From positions 1 to 41,046 of the forward strand of contig JBDZUN010000004.1 in assembly GCA_040255145.1 (NCBI GenBank): 41,046 bases of DNA, in the 5' to 3' direction. The DNA is from Hyphomicrobiales bacterium (GTDB taxonomy: Bacteria > Pseudomonadota > Alphaproteobacteria > JBDZUN01). Positions within the stretch are counted from its first letter, which is position 1. Every line of letters begins with the position of its first letter. Positions 1 through 9,164 of this stretch are shown here, in pieces. A program made the translations under genes and the position numbers. The notes under the pieces were generated by a model that saw nothing but the letters and a program-made list of their open reading frames with translations, had not been told where the DNA came from and made no database searches.

Positions 1-103
1 CTTCCGCGGGGATGACGTCAGAGTGTAGACGGCTTGATCCGACCCCACCATGCCACACGCGCTAGCGCGCTACCGACCTACTTTCCGTGAAGGCAGACGA
101 CCC

Positions 104-1009
104 ATGCAGGACCTCTATCCCTCGCGCCAAAAGACCGAACCCGAGCGGCTGCCGCGCCTGGACCCGACGCTGCACGGCGCCTGGACCCCGGCGGCGCCGC
201 TGAGCCGCGAGCAGGCGGCGCATTTCGACGAACGCGGCTATCTGGTGCTGGACGATCTGCTCAGCGAGCCGGAGGTCGCGGCGCTCCAGGCCGAGGCGCG
301 GCGCCTGCTGGCGGACCCCGACGCGCTCGAACCCGAGACCGTGATCCGCGAGCCGGGCGGGGCGGAGGTGCGCTCCATCTTCCGCGTCCACGGGCAGAGC
401 GGCCTGATGGCACGCCTCGCCGCCGACGAGCGGCTGGCCGGGATTGCGCGCTTCCTGCTCGCGGACGAAGTGTACGTCCATCAATCGCGGCTGAACTACA
501 AGCCGGGCTTTCACGGCAAGGAGTTCTACTGGCACTCCGACTTCGAGACCTGGCACGTCGAGGACGGCATGCCGCGCATGCGCGCCCTGTCGATGTCGGT
601 GCTGCTGGCCGAGAACACGCCGCATAACGGGCCGCTGATGCTGATCCCGGGATCGCACCGGACCTTCCTGACCTGCGTCGGCGAAACGCCCGCGGACCAT
701 TACCGCGCGTCGCTGCGCCGGCAGGAATACGGCGTCCCGGACGAAGACAATCTCGCCGCCATGGTCGCGGAGCACGGCATCGTCGCGCCCACCGCCAAGC
801 CGGGCACGGTGATCGTGTTCGACTGCAACATGATGCACGGCTCCAACGGCAACATCACGCCGCAGCCGCGCGCCAACGCGTTCATCGTCTACAACGCCGC
901 GTCCAACCGCCTGGTCGCGCCGTTCGGCGCGCCGGCGCCGCGGCCGGAATTCATCGCGACCCGGACGATCGTGCCGATCCGCGTCGCGACGGGTTCGCTG
1001 GCCGCCTGA
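104..1009 (+). CDS. ectD: Ectoine hydroxylase (Fe(II)/2-oxoglutarate-dependent dioxygenase)
   Basis: Lies in ORF 50..1009. The internal ATG at 104 gives the N-terminus MQDLYPSRQ, which I remember as typical of EctD orthologues. Contains the EctD signature FYWHSDFETWHVEDGMP (H-x-D iron ligands) and a distal His in NMMHGSNGN. Third codon positions are strongly G/C. Confidence 0.9.
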   Translation: MQDLYPSRQKTEPERLPRLDPTLHGAWTPAAPLSREQAAHFDERGYLVLDDLLSEPEVAALQAEARRLLADPDALEPETVIREPGGAEVRSIFRVHGQSGLMARLAADERLAGIARFLLADEVYVHQSRLNYKPGFHGKEFYWHSDFETWHVEDGMPRMRALSMSVLLAENTPHNGPLMLIPGSHRTFLTCVGETPADHYRASLRRQEYGVPDEDNLAAMVAEHGIVAPTAKPGTVIVFDCNMMHGSNGNITPQPRANAFIVYNAASNRLVAPFGAPAPRPEFIATRTIVPIRVATGSLAA

Positions 1010-1064
1010 CGGGACGCGCCCGGTCGCCGGTCACCGGCCCGGACGCCCGTGGAGGGATAACGCG

Positions 1065-2492
1065 ATGGGCGCGGAACAACAGGGCGGCCCAGGCCCGGCC
1101 CTGCCCGGTTCCGCCGCGGCGGCGCCGGGGCCGGTGCTGCGGCGCGCGATCGCGGCGTCGGCGATCGGCAACGCGACCGAGTGGTTCGACTACGGCATCT
1201 ATGCCTATGGCCTGACCTATTTCTCCGAGGCGTTGTTCCCCGGCAGCACGCAGGAAGCGACGCTGTTCGCGCTCGCGACCTTCGCCATCTCCTTCCTGGT
1301 GCGGCCGTTCGGCGGGCTGTTCTGGGGTCCGCTCGGCGATACGCTGGGCCGGAAATCGGTTCTCGCGCTGACGATCCTGATGATGGCGGGCGCCACCGCC
1401 TGCATCGGCCTGATCCCGTCCTACGACGCGGTCGGCTTCTGCTCGCCCGCCCTGCTGGTGCTGCTGCGCCTCGTCCAGGGCTTTTCGACTGGCGGCGAAT
1501 ATGGCGGCGCGGCGACGTTCATGGCGGAATATGCGCCGGACGAGAAGCGCGGCCTGTGCGGCAGCTTCCTGGAATTCGGCACGCTCGGCGGCTTCGCGCT
1601 CGGCGCGCTCTTGATGCTCGGCTTTTCCGTGGCCCTGGGTGACGCGGCGATGCACGCCTGGGGGTGGCGGCTGCCGTTCCTGGTGGCCGCGCCGCTCGGC
1701 TTCGTCGGCGTCTATCTGCGCTCCAGGATGGAGGAGACGCCGGTCTTCGAGGAGGTCGAGCGGACCGGCGGCCGCCGGCGCGACATCTGGGCCGAACTCA
1801 AGGCGTTGATGGTCGATTATCCGACCCCGCTGCTGGCGCTGGGCGGCCTTGTGGTCGCGCTCAACGTCGTCAACTACACCCTCTTGAGCTACACGCCGAC
1901 CTATCTCGCGACCCATATCGGGCTGACCACCGACGACGCGCTGATCGTTCCCATCGTCGGCATGCTGTTCATGATGGTGCTGCTGCCGTTCGCCGGCCGC
2001 CTGTCCGACAGGATCGGGCGCAAGCCGCTGTGGTGGTTCTCGCTGGTCGGCCTGTTCGTCATGGCGGTGCCGCTCTATCACCTGATGGCGGCGAGCCTGA
2101 TCGGCGCGGTGATCAGTTTCATCCTGCTCGGGCTGCTCTACGTGCCGCAACTGGCGACGATCTCCGCCACCTTCCCGGCGATGTTCCCGACGCCGGTGCG
2201 CTTCGCCGGCTTCGCGATCGCCTATAATGTCTCGACATCGCTGTTCGGCGGCACGGCGCCGGCGATCAATGCCTGGCTGATCGATGTCACGGGAAGCAAC
2301 CTGGTTCCGGCCTATTTCATGATGGCCGCCTGCGTGATCGGCGGCCTGTCGCTCCTGTTCGTGGTCGAGACGGCCGGCCGCTCGCTGCGCGGCACCGAGA
2401 TCCCGGGCACCCGGGAATCGGAGCGCGAGCTTCGGGCGCTGGACCGTGAGGGGGGCGCGGCGCGGTTCGAGGCCGCGGCCACGGACGGCTGA
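1065..2492 (+). CDS. MFS transporter of the metabolite:H+ symporter type (ProP-like osmoprotectant transporter)
   Basis: ATG 1065 is preceded by GGAGGG. The 475-aa product is hydrophobic, with about 12 TM-like segments. N-terminal GNATEWFDYGIYAY and the loop RPFGGLFWGPLGDTLGRK are typical of the ProP/KgtP/ShiA family. Sits directly downstream of ectD. Confidence 0.8.
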   Translation: MGAEQQGGPGPALPGSAAAAPGPVLRRAIAASAIGNATEWFDYGIYAYGLTYFSEALFPGSTQEATLFALATFAISFLVRPFGGLFWGPLGDTLGRKSVLALTILMMAGATACIGLIPSYDAVGFCSPALLVLLRLVQGFSTGGEYGGAATFMAEYAPDEKRGLCGSFLEFGTLGGFALGALLMLGFSVALGDAAMHAWGWRLPFLVAAPLGFVGVYLRSRMEETPVFEEVERTGGRRRDIWAELKALMVDYPTPLLALGGLVVALNVVNYTLLSYTPTYLATHIGLTTDDALIVPIVGMLFMMVLLPFAGRLSDRIGRKPLWWFSLVGLFVMAVPLYHLMAASLIGAVISFILLGLLYVPQLATISATFPAMFPTPVRFAGFAIAYNVSTSLFGGTAPAINAWLIDVTGSNLVPAYFMMAACVIGGLSLLFVVETAGRSLRGTEIPGTRESERELRALDREGGAARFEAAATDG

Positions 2493-3727
2493 TGCTCGGC
2501 GCGGTGCTCCCGGTCCGCAGCCTGCTCGTCGCCATCTTCGTGCTGATGTCGGGGAGCGGGTTCCTGTCGACCCTGATCAGCCTGCGCCTGGAACGCACGG
2601 GCACAACCTCGCTGCTGATCGGCCTCGTCGCCACCTGCTATTTCCTGGGCCTGACCGTCGGCTCGCTCAGGGTCGCGCCGGTGATCCGGCGCGTCGGCCA
2701 TATCCGCGCCTTCGCCGCCTTCTTGTCGCTGTTCTCGGCCAGCGCGCTGACCTATGCCGTCTACCAGGACATCGCGCTGTGGGCGGCCTTGCGCTTCATC
2801 GACGGCCTGTGCATGGCGGGCGTGTTCGTCTGCATCGAGAGCTGGCTGAACGAGCGGGCGGAGCCGCAGACCCGCGGCGCAGTGCTAGCCGCCTATATGA
2901 TCGCGCTCTATGCCGGGCAGGCGATCGGCCAGTTCCTGCTCAACCTCGGCGTGGCCGCGCCGGCGCTGCCGTTCATGGCGGCGTCGATCCTGCTGTCGCT
3001 TGCGACGATCCCCGTGGTGCTGACCCGGATCGTCGGGCCGGCGCTGGACACCAGCACGCCGCTCAGCATGCGCCGGCTCTATGCCGCCTCGCCGCTCGGC
3101 ATCGTCGGCGCGGCCACCACCGGCATGATGATCGGCGCGTTCTACGCGCTGGGCGCGGTCCACGCCCGGCGGCTCGGCCTCGACCTGTCCGACACGGCGA
3201 CGTTCATGAGCGTCGTGATCTTCGGCGGCGTGGTGCTGCAATGGCCGATCGGCCGGCTGTCGGACCGGTTCGACCGCCGGGTGGTGATCGCCGGCACCGT
3301 CGCCGCCGCGTTCGTGGTCAGCGTGGGCATCGCGGTCGCCAGCGGGTTCGCGCCCGGACGCCTGCTGATGGTCCTGGGCGGCCTGTTCGGGGGCTTGAGC
3401 TTCGCGCTCTATCCGCTATGCGTCGCGCACACCAACGACCACCTGTCGCGGGACGGGCGGGTCGCGGCGAGCGGCGGACTGGTGCTGGCCTATTCGGCCG
3501 GCGCGGCGGTCGGGCCGATCGTCGGCGCGGGGGCGATGAGCCTGATGGGGCCGGCGGGCCTCTACGTGTTCATCGCGCTGTGCGCCGGCGCGACGCTGGG
3601 CTTCGCGCTGTGGCGGCAGCGAATCAGCGCGCCGGTGCCCGGGGCGATGCAGCAGCCCTATCAGATCCTGCCGCGCACGACGCCGATGTCGGCCTCGCTC
3701 GACCCCCATGCGGCGGAGGACGGCTAA
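2492..3727 (+). CDS. MFS transporter, substrate unknown
   Basis: ATG 2492 overlaps the upstream stop (TGATG), suggesting translational coupling. The 411-aa product is hydrophobic throughout, with about 12 TM-like segments and an Arg-rich TM2-3 loop (VIRRVGH). Only a generic family call is possible. Confidence 0.72.
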   Translation: MLGAVLPVRSLLVAIFVLMSGSGFLSTLISLRLERTGTTSLLIGLVATCYFLGLTVGSLRVAPVIRRVGHIRAFAAFLSLFSASALTYAVYQDIALWAALRFIDGLCMAGVFVCIESWLNERAEPQTRGAVLAAYMIALYAGQAIGQFLLNLGVAAPALPFMAASILLSLATIPVVLTRIVGPALDTSTPLSMRRLYAASPLGIVGAATTGMMIGAFYALGAVHARRLGLDLSDTATFMSVVIFGGVVLQWPIGRLSDRFDRRVVIAGTVAAAFVVSVGIAVASGFAPGRLLMVLGGLFGGLSFALYPLCVAHTNDHLSRDGRVAASGGLVLAYSAGAAVGPIVGAGAMSLMGPAGLYVFIALCAGATLGFALWRQRISAPVPGAMQQPYQILPRTTPMSASLDPHAAEDG

Positions 3728-3870
3728 GGGAAACGCGCCCCCATTCCACCAACGGATGGGCGGATTGTCGCAGGCAGTCCTTCCATCGCGCCGCCCGATG
3801 CTGGAACATTGACGGAAGGGGCCGGAAGGCCCGCGTCCGGCCGTGCCGGGTCGCTTCGGGGGGATCGTCC

Positions 3871-6800
3871 ATGCGTCGCTTCGCCGCAATCGTTGTCGCG
3901 ACCGTTGCGTTCTGCGTCGTCGCGGCGTTGCCCTCCGTGAGGGCGGCGGGCGCCGGCGAGGCCGCGACTGCGCCGAAGGCCGCCTCGGCGGAGGCCGACC
4001 GGCTCCGGTTCCTGCCGCAGAGCTATATCGACGAGGCGCGGCGGCTGACCGGCCGGGTGGCGCGCGCGAAGCCCGAGGGCGGCGTGCCCGCGCTGATGGC
4101 CAAGGCGGCGCAGGCGGTGGGCAAGGCGTCGCCGGGCGTCCGCGTCGAGCTTCTGGAGCAGGCGCTGTCGCTGTCGCCCGACAGCTTCACCCTGTGGATG
4201 CGCCTGTCGGAGACGGCGATCCAGGCAAGCGAGGACGACAAGTACGACCGGCGCGGCGAGATGGGGGCCGAGGCGACCGGCGCCGCGATCGAGGGCTATC
4301 GCCGCGCGCCCGACCCGGATGGGCAGGCCCAGGCGCTCGACATGCTGGGCCGCGCGCTGGCGGCGCGCCAGGCATGGCGGCCGGCGATCCACGCCTATCG
4401 CGCGCGGCTCGCGCTCCGCGACGATCCGGACGTGCGCAAGACCTATGAGCGGCTTTTAGCGCAGCACGGCTTTCGCATCGTCGACCAGTCCGTCCAGTCG
4501 AATGCGGCGGCGCCGCGGCTGTGCGTCGTGTTCTCCGACCCGCTGCGCAGGAACGATCCGAATCTCGCCGACTTCGTGTCGGTGCAGGGGCGCGGCACGC
4601 TCGCGGTCGAGCCGCAGGAGCGCCAGATCTGCGTCGACGGCGTCGCGCACGGCGAGAAGTACCACGTGACGGTGCGGGCCGGCCTGCCCTCGGCGGACGG
4701 CGAGGTGCTGCCGAAGACCGTCGAGCTCGACATGTATGTCCGCGACCGGGCGCCGTCCGTGCGCTTCCTGTCGCGCGCCTACGTGCTGCCGAAGGGCGGC
4801 GAGGCGACCATCCCGATCGTCTCGGTCAACAGCGACACGATCGAGGCCGCGGTCTATCGCGTCGGCGACCGCGCCCTCGCCGGCACCATCGGCGACGGCA
4901 AGTTCCTGCGCCAGCTTTCCGGCTATGACGCCGACACGATCAAGGACCAGAGCGGCGAGCAGGTCTGGCAGGGCACCGTCGCGGTTACGGCTGCGCTCAA
5001 CCGGGACGTGACCACGGCGATCCCGGTCGGCGCGATCGTGCCGCAGTTGAAGCCGGGCGCCTACGTCATGGTGGCCAAGCCCGCCAGCGGCAAGACCTGG
5101 GACTATCAGGCGCGGGCGACGCAATGGTTCATCGTCACCGATATCGGCCTGACCGCGCTGGCCGGCAATGACGGTTTCCACGTCATCGCCCGCTCGCTGT
5201 CGACGGCCGGGCCGGTCGTCGGCGCGGCCCTGCGCCTGGTCGCCGTCAATAACGAGGTGCTGGCGACCGGCCGGACCGACGCACAGGGCTATGCGCGCTT
5301 CGATCCGGGTCTGGTGCGCGGCACCGGCGGGCTGGCGCCGGCGCTGATCGTGGCCGAAGGGCCAGGCGGCGACTATTCGTTCCTGGACCTGACCAAGACG
5401 GCGTTCGACCTGTCGGACCGCGGCATTACCGGGCGGCCGTCGCCCAAGCCGCTCGACGTGTTCCTGGCGGTCGAGCGCGGCGTCTACCGCCCCGGCGAAA
5501 CGGCGCATGCGGTCACGCTGATCCGCGACACCAAGGCGGTGGCGACCGCCGCGCCGATGACCCTGATCCTGAAGCGCCCGGACGGGGTGGAGGCCGCGCG
5601 CTATCAGCTCACCGACCAGAAGTTGGGCGGCGGTGCGGTCACGATTCCAATTCTCAAGACGGCGATGCGCGGCACCTGGCGGCTCGACGCCTATGCCGAT
5701 CCCAAGGGCGACAGCCTGGCGGAGACGACCTTCCTGGTCGAGGACTTCCAGCCGGAGCGGCTGACCTTCGACCTCAAGACCGCGGCCAAGGCGCTCGATC
5801 CGGCCGACCCGGCGCCGGTCGCGCTGGACGCGCGCTTCCTGTACGGCGCGCCCGCCGCCAGCCTCGCGATCGAGGGCGAGACGGTGGTGAAGCCGGCCGA
5901 CGGGCTGGACGGCTTCGCCGGCTATCGCTTCGGCCTGGCCGACGAGAGCTTCGATCCCGTGACCCAGCCCCTGCCCGAGGGCCTGAAGACCGACGCCGCC
6001 GGCCATGCGGCCATCGTCCCGGCGCTCGGCGAGGTCGGCAGCACCAGCAAGCCGCTGCAGGCGACCGTGATTGTCCGGGTGCTCGATTCCGGCGGCCACC
6101 CGGTGGAACGGATCCTGTCCCTGCCGGTCAAGGGCGTGAACGCGCGGGTCGGCGTCAAGCCGCTGTTCGACGGTGCTGTCGAGGAGGGCGGCAACGCCGC
6201 CTTCGACGTGATCGTGGTCGGGCCGGACGGCAAACAGGCGGCCGGCGCGCTCGACTGGTCGCTGGAGAAGGTGCGGCGGACCTTCCAGTGGTACCAGTCG
6301 AACGGCGGCTGGAACTACGAGCCGGTGGTCTCCAGGCAGCGCGTCGCCAACGGCACGGTCGCGGCGAAGGCCGAGGGCGCGGTGCGGATCGAGTCCAGGG
6401 TCGATTGGGGCGAATACCAGCTTACCGTGACGCCGCACGACGGTGCCGCGCTGCCGGTCAGCGTCGATTTCGACGCCGGCTGGTACGTCGCGCCCAAGAC
6501 GGCGGACGCGCCCGACATCCTGAAGGTCTCGCTGGACAAGCAGCGATACAAGGTCGGCGACATGGCGACGGTGCGGATCGAGCCGCGCTTCGCCGGCACG
6601 GCCCTGGTCATGGTGATGGACGACCGGCTGATCGCGATGCAGGCGGTCGAGGTGCCGGCGACCGGGGCCAGCGTCCGGCTGCCGGTCACGCGCGACTGGG
6701 GGCCGGGCGCCTATGTCACCGCGACCCTGTTCCGGCCGATGAACCTGACCGACAAGAAGATGCCCGGCCGCGCCATCGGCCTGTCGTGGGCCGGGGTCGA

Positions 6801-9153
6801 TCCCGGCGACCGCAAGCTGGCGGTGGCGCTGAGCGCGCCGGACGAGGCCGCGCCGCGCCAGCCGCTCGGCGTCGATATCAAGGTGGCCGGCGCCGGCGTC
6901 AACGAGGAGGCCTACGTCACGCTCGCGGCGGTCGACCTCGGCATCCTCAACCTGACGCGGTACCAGCCGCCGGCGCCGGACGCCTGGTATTTCGGCCAGC
7001 GCCGGCTGGGCATGGATATCCGCGACCTCTATGGCGAACTGATCGACCGCTTCCAGGGCATGCCGGGCCACGTCAAGTCGGGCGGCGACGGCGGCTCGCT
7101 TTCGCGCCTCGAAGGGCCGCCGCCGACGGAAACGCTGGTCTCGTTCTTTTCCGGGCCGGTCAAGCTGGACGGCGACGGCGCGGCGCACGTCGATTTCGCC
7201 ATGCCCGACTTCAACGGCACCGTCCGTCTGATGGCGATCGCCTGGACCAAAACGGGCGTCGGCCACGCCGTCCGCGACGTGGTGGTGCGCGATCCGATCG
7301 TGACCGTCGCCGACTTGCCGCGCTTCCTGGCGCCCGGCGACCGCTCGCGGCTACTCCTGCATCTGACCCATGTCGAGGGGCCGTCGGGTGCTGTGCAGGT
7401 CGCGGTCGCCGCCGACGGGCCGGTCACGGTCGAGGGGGGCGCTACGCCCCGCACGGTCACGCTCGCCGACAAGGGCGAGGCGGAGGTGCGGCTGCCGATC
7501 AAGGCGGAGACGGCGGGCGACGCCCATCTGACGGTGACGGTCACGACGCCCGACGGCAACGCGCTGACCAAGCACCTGACGCTCGGGGTGCGCGACAACG
7601 AGCCGACGACGGCGATCGCGCGGGTCGTGCCGCTCGCCTCGAACCAGGGGGCGCTGACGGTGACGCAGGCCGAATTCGCTTCGTTCAAGCCGCATACCGG
7701 CATCGCCACCGTGGCGGTCAGTGGGGCCGGGCCGCTCGACGTGCCGGGCATCCTGCATGACCTCGACCGCTATCCCTATGGCTGTTCCGAACAGTTGACG
7801 AGCCGGGCGCTGCCGCTGCTGTACCTGGACCAGGTCGCGCTGGCGGCCGGGCTGTCCGGCGACGAAAGCGTCCGCGAGCGCGTCGAGAAGGCGATCGCCG
7901 ACGTGCTGGCCAACCAGGGCACCAACGGCGATTTCGGGCTCTGGGGTCCCAGCGACGGCTCCGGCAACAATGCCGATCCGTGGCTCGACGCCTATATCGC
8001 CGACTTCCTGACGCGGGCGCGCGAGGTGGGTTATGCCGTGCCGGATGTCGGGTTCGACACGGCGCTCGACAATCTCAAGAACCGGGTGGCCATGGCTCCC
8101 GACTTCGACAAGGGCGGCGAGGGGATTGCCTATGCGCTCTATGTCCTGGCGCGCAACGGCAAGGCGGCCATCGGCGACCTGCGCTATTACGCCGACACCA
8201 AGCTGGCGGCGTTCACCAGCCCGCTGTCCAAGGCGCAGATCGGCGCGGCGCTGGCTTTGTACGGCGACCTGCCGCGCGCCGAAAGCGTGATGGCCCAGGC
8301 GGTCGCGGCGCTTGATGAGACCAGGCTGGACCGCGGCTGGCGCGCCGATTATGGCTCCACCCTGCGCGACGGCGCGGCGATCCTGACGCTCACCTCGGAG
8401 ACCAAGGTGCCCGGCGTCGATGCCGGTGCGCTGGCCGGCCGGATCGCAAAGTTGCGGCTCGACGCGCGCTATACCAGCACGCAGGACGACGCCTGGACCC
8501 TGCTCGCGGCGCACGCGCTGATCGCGCGGTCGGGCGCGCCGTCGCTGCAGGTGGATGGCGCGCCGCTGAACGGGCCGCTGTTCCGCACGGTCAAGGCCGA
8601 CGACCTGCCGGCCGACGGCTTGGTTGTCGCCAATGGCGGCGCCCAGGCAATCGACGCGGTGCTGCGCCTGTCGGGCATCCCGCTGACGCCACCGCCCGCC
8701 GGGGGCGACGGCTATACCATCGAACGGGCCTATTTCGACCTGAAGGGCAAGCCGGCCGATCCGGCCAAGGTCGAGCAGGGCGCGCGGCTTGCGGTCGTGC
8801 TGACCGTGACCTCGACCGAGAGCCGCGCGGCGCGCCTGATCGTCGACGACCCGCTGCCGGCCGGGTTCGAGATCGACAATCCGAACTTGGTCCGTGCCGG
8901 CGACGTCGCCGCGCTGGGCACGATCCGGGCGCCGGAGACCGTCGCCCATACCGAGTTCCGCAGCGACCGCTTCGTCGCGGCGCTCGACCGCGGCACGGGC
9001 GACCCGACCTCGTTCCAGCTCGCCTACATCGTCCGCGCGGTCTCGCCCGGCCATTTCCTGCACCCGGCGGCGACCGTCATGGACATGTACCGGCCGGACC
9101 AGCGGGCGCGCACCGCGACGGGAACCGTCGACGTGGCCGGGCCGCCGGAATAG
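3871..9153 (+). CDS. Bacterial alpha-2-macroglobulin family protein (YfhM/ECAM-like), thioester-containing
   Basis: ATG 3871 lies in frame inside the artefactual 2235-aa ORF. It gives the signal peptide MRRFAAIVVATVAFCVVAALPSVRAAG. The product is 1760 aa, with a thioester motif G-CSEQ (CSEQ at 7783..7794). It is followed by pbpC, as in the classical operon. Confidence 0.9.
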   Translation: MRRFAAIVVATVAFCVVAALPSVRAAGAGEAATAPKAASAEADRLRFLPQSYIDEARRLTGRVARAKPEGGVPALMAKAAQAVGKASPGVRVELLEQALSLSPDSFTLWMRLSETAIQASEDDKYDRRGEMGAEATGAAIEGYRRAPDPDGQAQALDMLGRALAARQAWRPAIHAYRARLALRDDPDVRKTYERLLAQHGFRIVDQSVQSNAAAPRLCVVFSDPLRRNDPNLADFVSVQGRGTLAVEPQERQICVDGVAHGEKYHVTVRAGLPSADGEVLPKTVELDMYVRDRAPSVRFLSRAYVLPKGGEATIPIVSVNSDTIEAAVYRVGDRALAGTIGDGKFLRQLSGYDADTIKDQSGEQVWQGTVAVTAALNRDVTTAIPVGAIVPQLKPGAYVMVAKPASGKTWDYQARATQWFIVTDIGLTALAGNDGFHVIARSLSTAGPVVGAALRLVAVNNEVLATGRTDAQGYARFDPGLVRGTGGLAPALIVAEGPGGDYSFLDLTKTAFDLSDRGITGRPSPKPLDVFLAVERGVYRPGETAHAVTLIRDTKAVATAAPMTLILKRPDGVEAARYQLTDQKLGGGAVTIPILKTAMRGTWRLDAYADPKGDSLAETTFLVEDFQPERLTFDLKTAAKALDPADPAPVALDARFLYGAPAASLAIEGETVVKPADGLDGFAGYRFGLADESFDPVTQPLPEGLKTDAAGHAAIVPALGEVGSTSKPLQATVIVRVLDSGGHPVERILSLPVKGVNARVGVKPLFDGAVEEGGNAAFDVIVVGPDGKQAAGALDWSLEKVRRTFQWYQSNGGWNYEPVVSRQRVANGTVAAKAEGAVRIESRVDWGEYQLTVTPHDGAALPVSVDFDAGWYVAPKTADAPDILKVSLDKQRYKVGDMATVRIEPRFAGTALVMVMDDRLIAMQAVEVPATGASVRLPVTRDWGPGAYVTATLFRPMNLTDKKMPGRAIGLSWAGVDPGDRKLAVALSAPDEAAPRQPLGVDIKVAGAGVNEEAYVTLAAVDLGILNLTRYQPPAPDAWYFGQRRLGMDIRDLYGELIDRFQGMPGHVKSGGDGGSLSRLEGPPPTETLVSFFSGPVKLDGDGAAHVDFAMPDFNGTVRLMAIAWTKTGVGHAVRDVVVRDPIVTVADLPRFLAPGDRSRLLLHLTHVEGPSGAVQVAVAADGPVTVEGGATPRTVTLADKGEAEVRLPIKAETAGDAHLTVTVTTPDGNALTKHLTLGVRDNEPTTAIARVVPLASNQGALTVTQAEFASFKPHTGIATVAVSGAGPLDVPGILHDLDRYPYGCSEQLTSRALPLLYLDQVALAAGLSGDESVRERVEKAIADVLANQGTNGDFGLWGPSDGSGNNADPWLDAYIADFLTRAREVGYAVPDVGFDTALDNLKNRVAMAPDFDKGGEGIAYALYVLARNGKAAIGDLRYYADTKLAAFTSPLSKAQIGAALALYGDLPRAESVMAQAVAALDETRLDRGWRADYGSTLRDGAAILTLTSETKVPGVDAGALAGRIAKLRLDARYTSTQDDAWTLLAAHALIARSGAPSLQVDGAPLNGPLFRTVKADDLPADGLVVANGGAQAIDAVLRLSGIPLTPPPAGGDGYTIERAYFDLKGKPADPAKVEQGARLAVVLTVTSTESRAARLIVDDPLPAGFEIDNPNLVRAGDVAALGTIRAPETVAHTEFRSDRFVAALDRGTGDPTSFQLAYIVRAVSPGHFLHPAATVMDMYRPDQRARTATGTVDVAGPPE

Positions 9154-9164
9154 GAGGCCGCGGG

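Noticed and set aside
2446-3870. N-terminal 475 codons of the 2235-aa ORF 2446..9153, which would make a much larger alpha-2-macroglobulin.
   Set aside because: This part is Arg/Pro/Ala-rich low-complexity sequence. It overlaps the well-supported MFS gene (2492..3727) in another frame. The in-frame ATG at 3871 gives a proper signal peptide. I treat it as a high-GC open-frame artefact.
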